Source: Octopus sinensis
Lineage: Eukaryota
NCBI RefSeq assembly: GCF_006345805.1
Contig: NW_021827914.1
Span: 1 to 9,544, forward strand
DNA: 9,544 nt
Direction: 5' to 3'
The translations under genes and the position numbers were made by a program. Shown piece by piece: positions 8,627 to 9,544 of the stretch. Numbering within the stretch: position 1 is the stretch's first letter; each line of letters opens with the position of its first letter. The notes below the pieces were generated by a model. It saw nothing but the letters and a program-made list of their open reading frames with translations. It ran no database searches and was not told the DNA's origin.

Positions 8627-8987
8627 CTATCTTTTACTGTTTCAGTAATTAGGCTGCAACCATTCTAAAGCACCACCTTGAAGAACTTTTAGTCGAATGA
8701 ATCAACCCCAGTATGTTTTTAAAGCTTCATACTTATTCTATCCGTCTCTTTTGCCGAACTGGAGACGTACACAAACCAACACCGGTTGTCAAGCGATGAT
8801 GGGAGACAAACACAAATACAGAGATAAAAACACACACACACACACACAGATGCATATATAAGACTGGCGTCTTTCAGTTTCCGTCTACCAAACCCAATCA
8901 CAAAGCTTTGGTCGGCCCGAGGTGCCATGCAGTGGGATTGAACTGGTGCCATGTAGTTAGGAAATAAACTTTTTATCACACAACCAC
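8627..8987 (-). mobile_element. CORE-type SINE (family 2), near full length with a ~26-nt internal deletion
   Basis: The head GTGGTTGTGTGATAAAAAG...AGTTCAATCCCACTGCATGGCACC has A- and B-box-like elements. It has an internal (TG)n tract and a 3' end ACTGAAACAGTAAAAGATAG. It is collinear with 1512-1601 + 2031-2100 + 3050-3252. Confidence 0.8.
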
Positions 8988-9154
8988 ATAAATATGTACA
9001 CATACACATATGTATGTACCTATGGATGGATGGATGGACGGATGTGCGTGTGTGTGTGTGTATGTATGCACGCAAACACGCACGCAGAAACACAAGTACA
9101 CACTCACATACGCACGCTTTCACACAGGCACACACATATATTTATAAATACAAA

Positions 9155-9242
9155 GTGAGAGAGGGAGAGAGAGAGAGAGTGGGGGAGAGAGAGAGAGAGG
9201 GAGAAAGACAGATAGACAGAGACAGACAGACAGACAGACAAA
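9155..9242. repeat. (GA)n-(GACA)n microsatellite
   Basis: Direct reading. Confidence 0.95.
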
Positions 9243-9357
9243 GGGAGGTAGAAATCTGATAAACTAATACGATGTCTTCATCATAGGTTTGGATGATCAG
9301 CACTCACCTGAAGCTAAACAATCAACATTATAGCCACATTCCAGCAATTTTTCCTAA

Positions 9358-9393
9358 CCTCCCTCCTTCCTTCCTTCCTTCCTTCCGTCCTTC
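9358..9393. repeat. (CCTT)n microsatellite
   Basis: Direct reading. Confidence 0.9.
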
Positions 9394-9502
9394 CTCTCTT
9401 TCATTTTTTTCATTCTTTTTTTCTTTACTTAAATTATTTATTTATTGATAGACAGAGTTTGTATATTTTATATCATAGATTTCTATGTGGTATTCACCTC
9501 GG

Positions 9503-9530
9503 CTAACCTTTTTGTTTCATTTTATACTAG
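9503..9530 (+). other. Candidate spliceosomal 3' splice site (exon would begin at 9531)
   Basis: A perfect CTAAC branch motif (9503-9507), then the U-rich tract CTTTTTGTTTCATTTTATAC, then TAG (9528-9530). Confidence 0.45.
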
Positions 9531-9544
9531 CAATAGCATCCGGC

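Noticed and set aside
9302-9310. Perfect minus-strand donor CAG|GTGAGT
   Set aside because: No matching acceptor; the upstream minus-strand sequence is a purine-rich (GGAA)n tract.

Overview
This is repeat-dense animal DNA with no complete gene. It is most likely octopus or another coleoid cephalopod, inferred from recalled SINE consensus sequences and microsatellite load, not from a database search. Most ORFs in the track are microsatellite or antisense artefacts. Two are real transposon relics. 2341-2600 (-) encodes the Cys/His-containing C-terminus of a Penelope-like element (PLE) GIY-YIG endonuclease, and 5976-6290 (-) encodes a PLE reverse-transcriptase core with YRDD decayed to YSAN. 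The window also holds three tRNA-derived SINE families (some nested or dimeric, with readable target-site duplications), three different mariner relics, a probable non-autonomous Helitron and short local duplications. A few + strand splice signals suggest it lies inside an intron-rich host gene. The best leads are a ~575-bp PLE endonuclease fragment bounded by diverged inverted repeats, and a hammerhead-ribozyme-like core with an upstream TATA box at 7034-7098 (-). Neither is shown to be functional or new.
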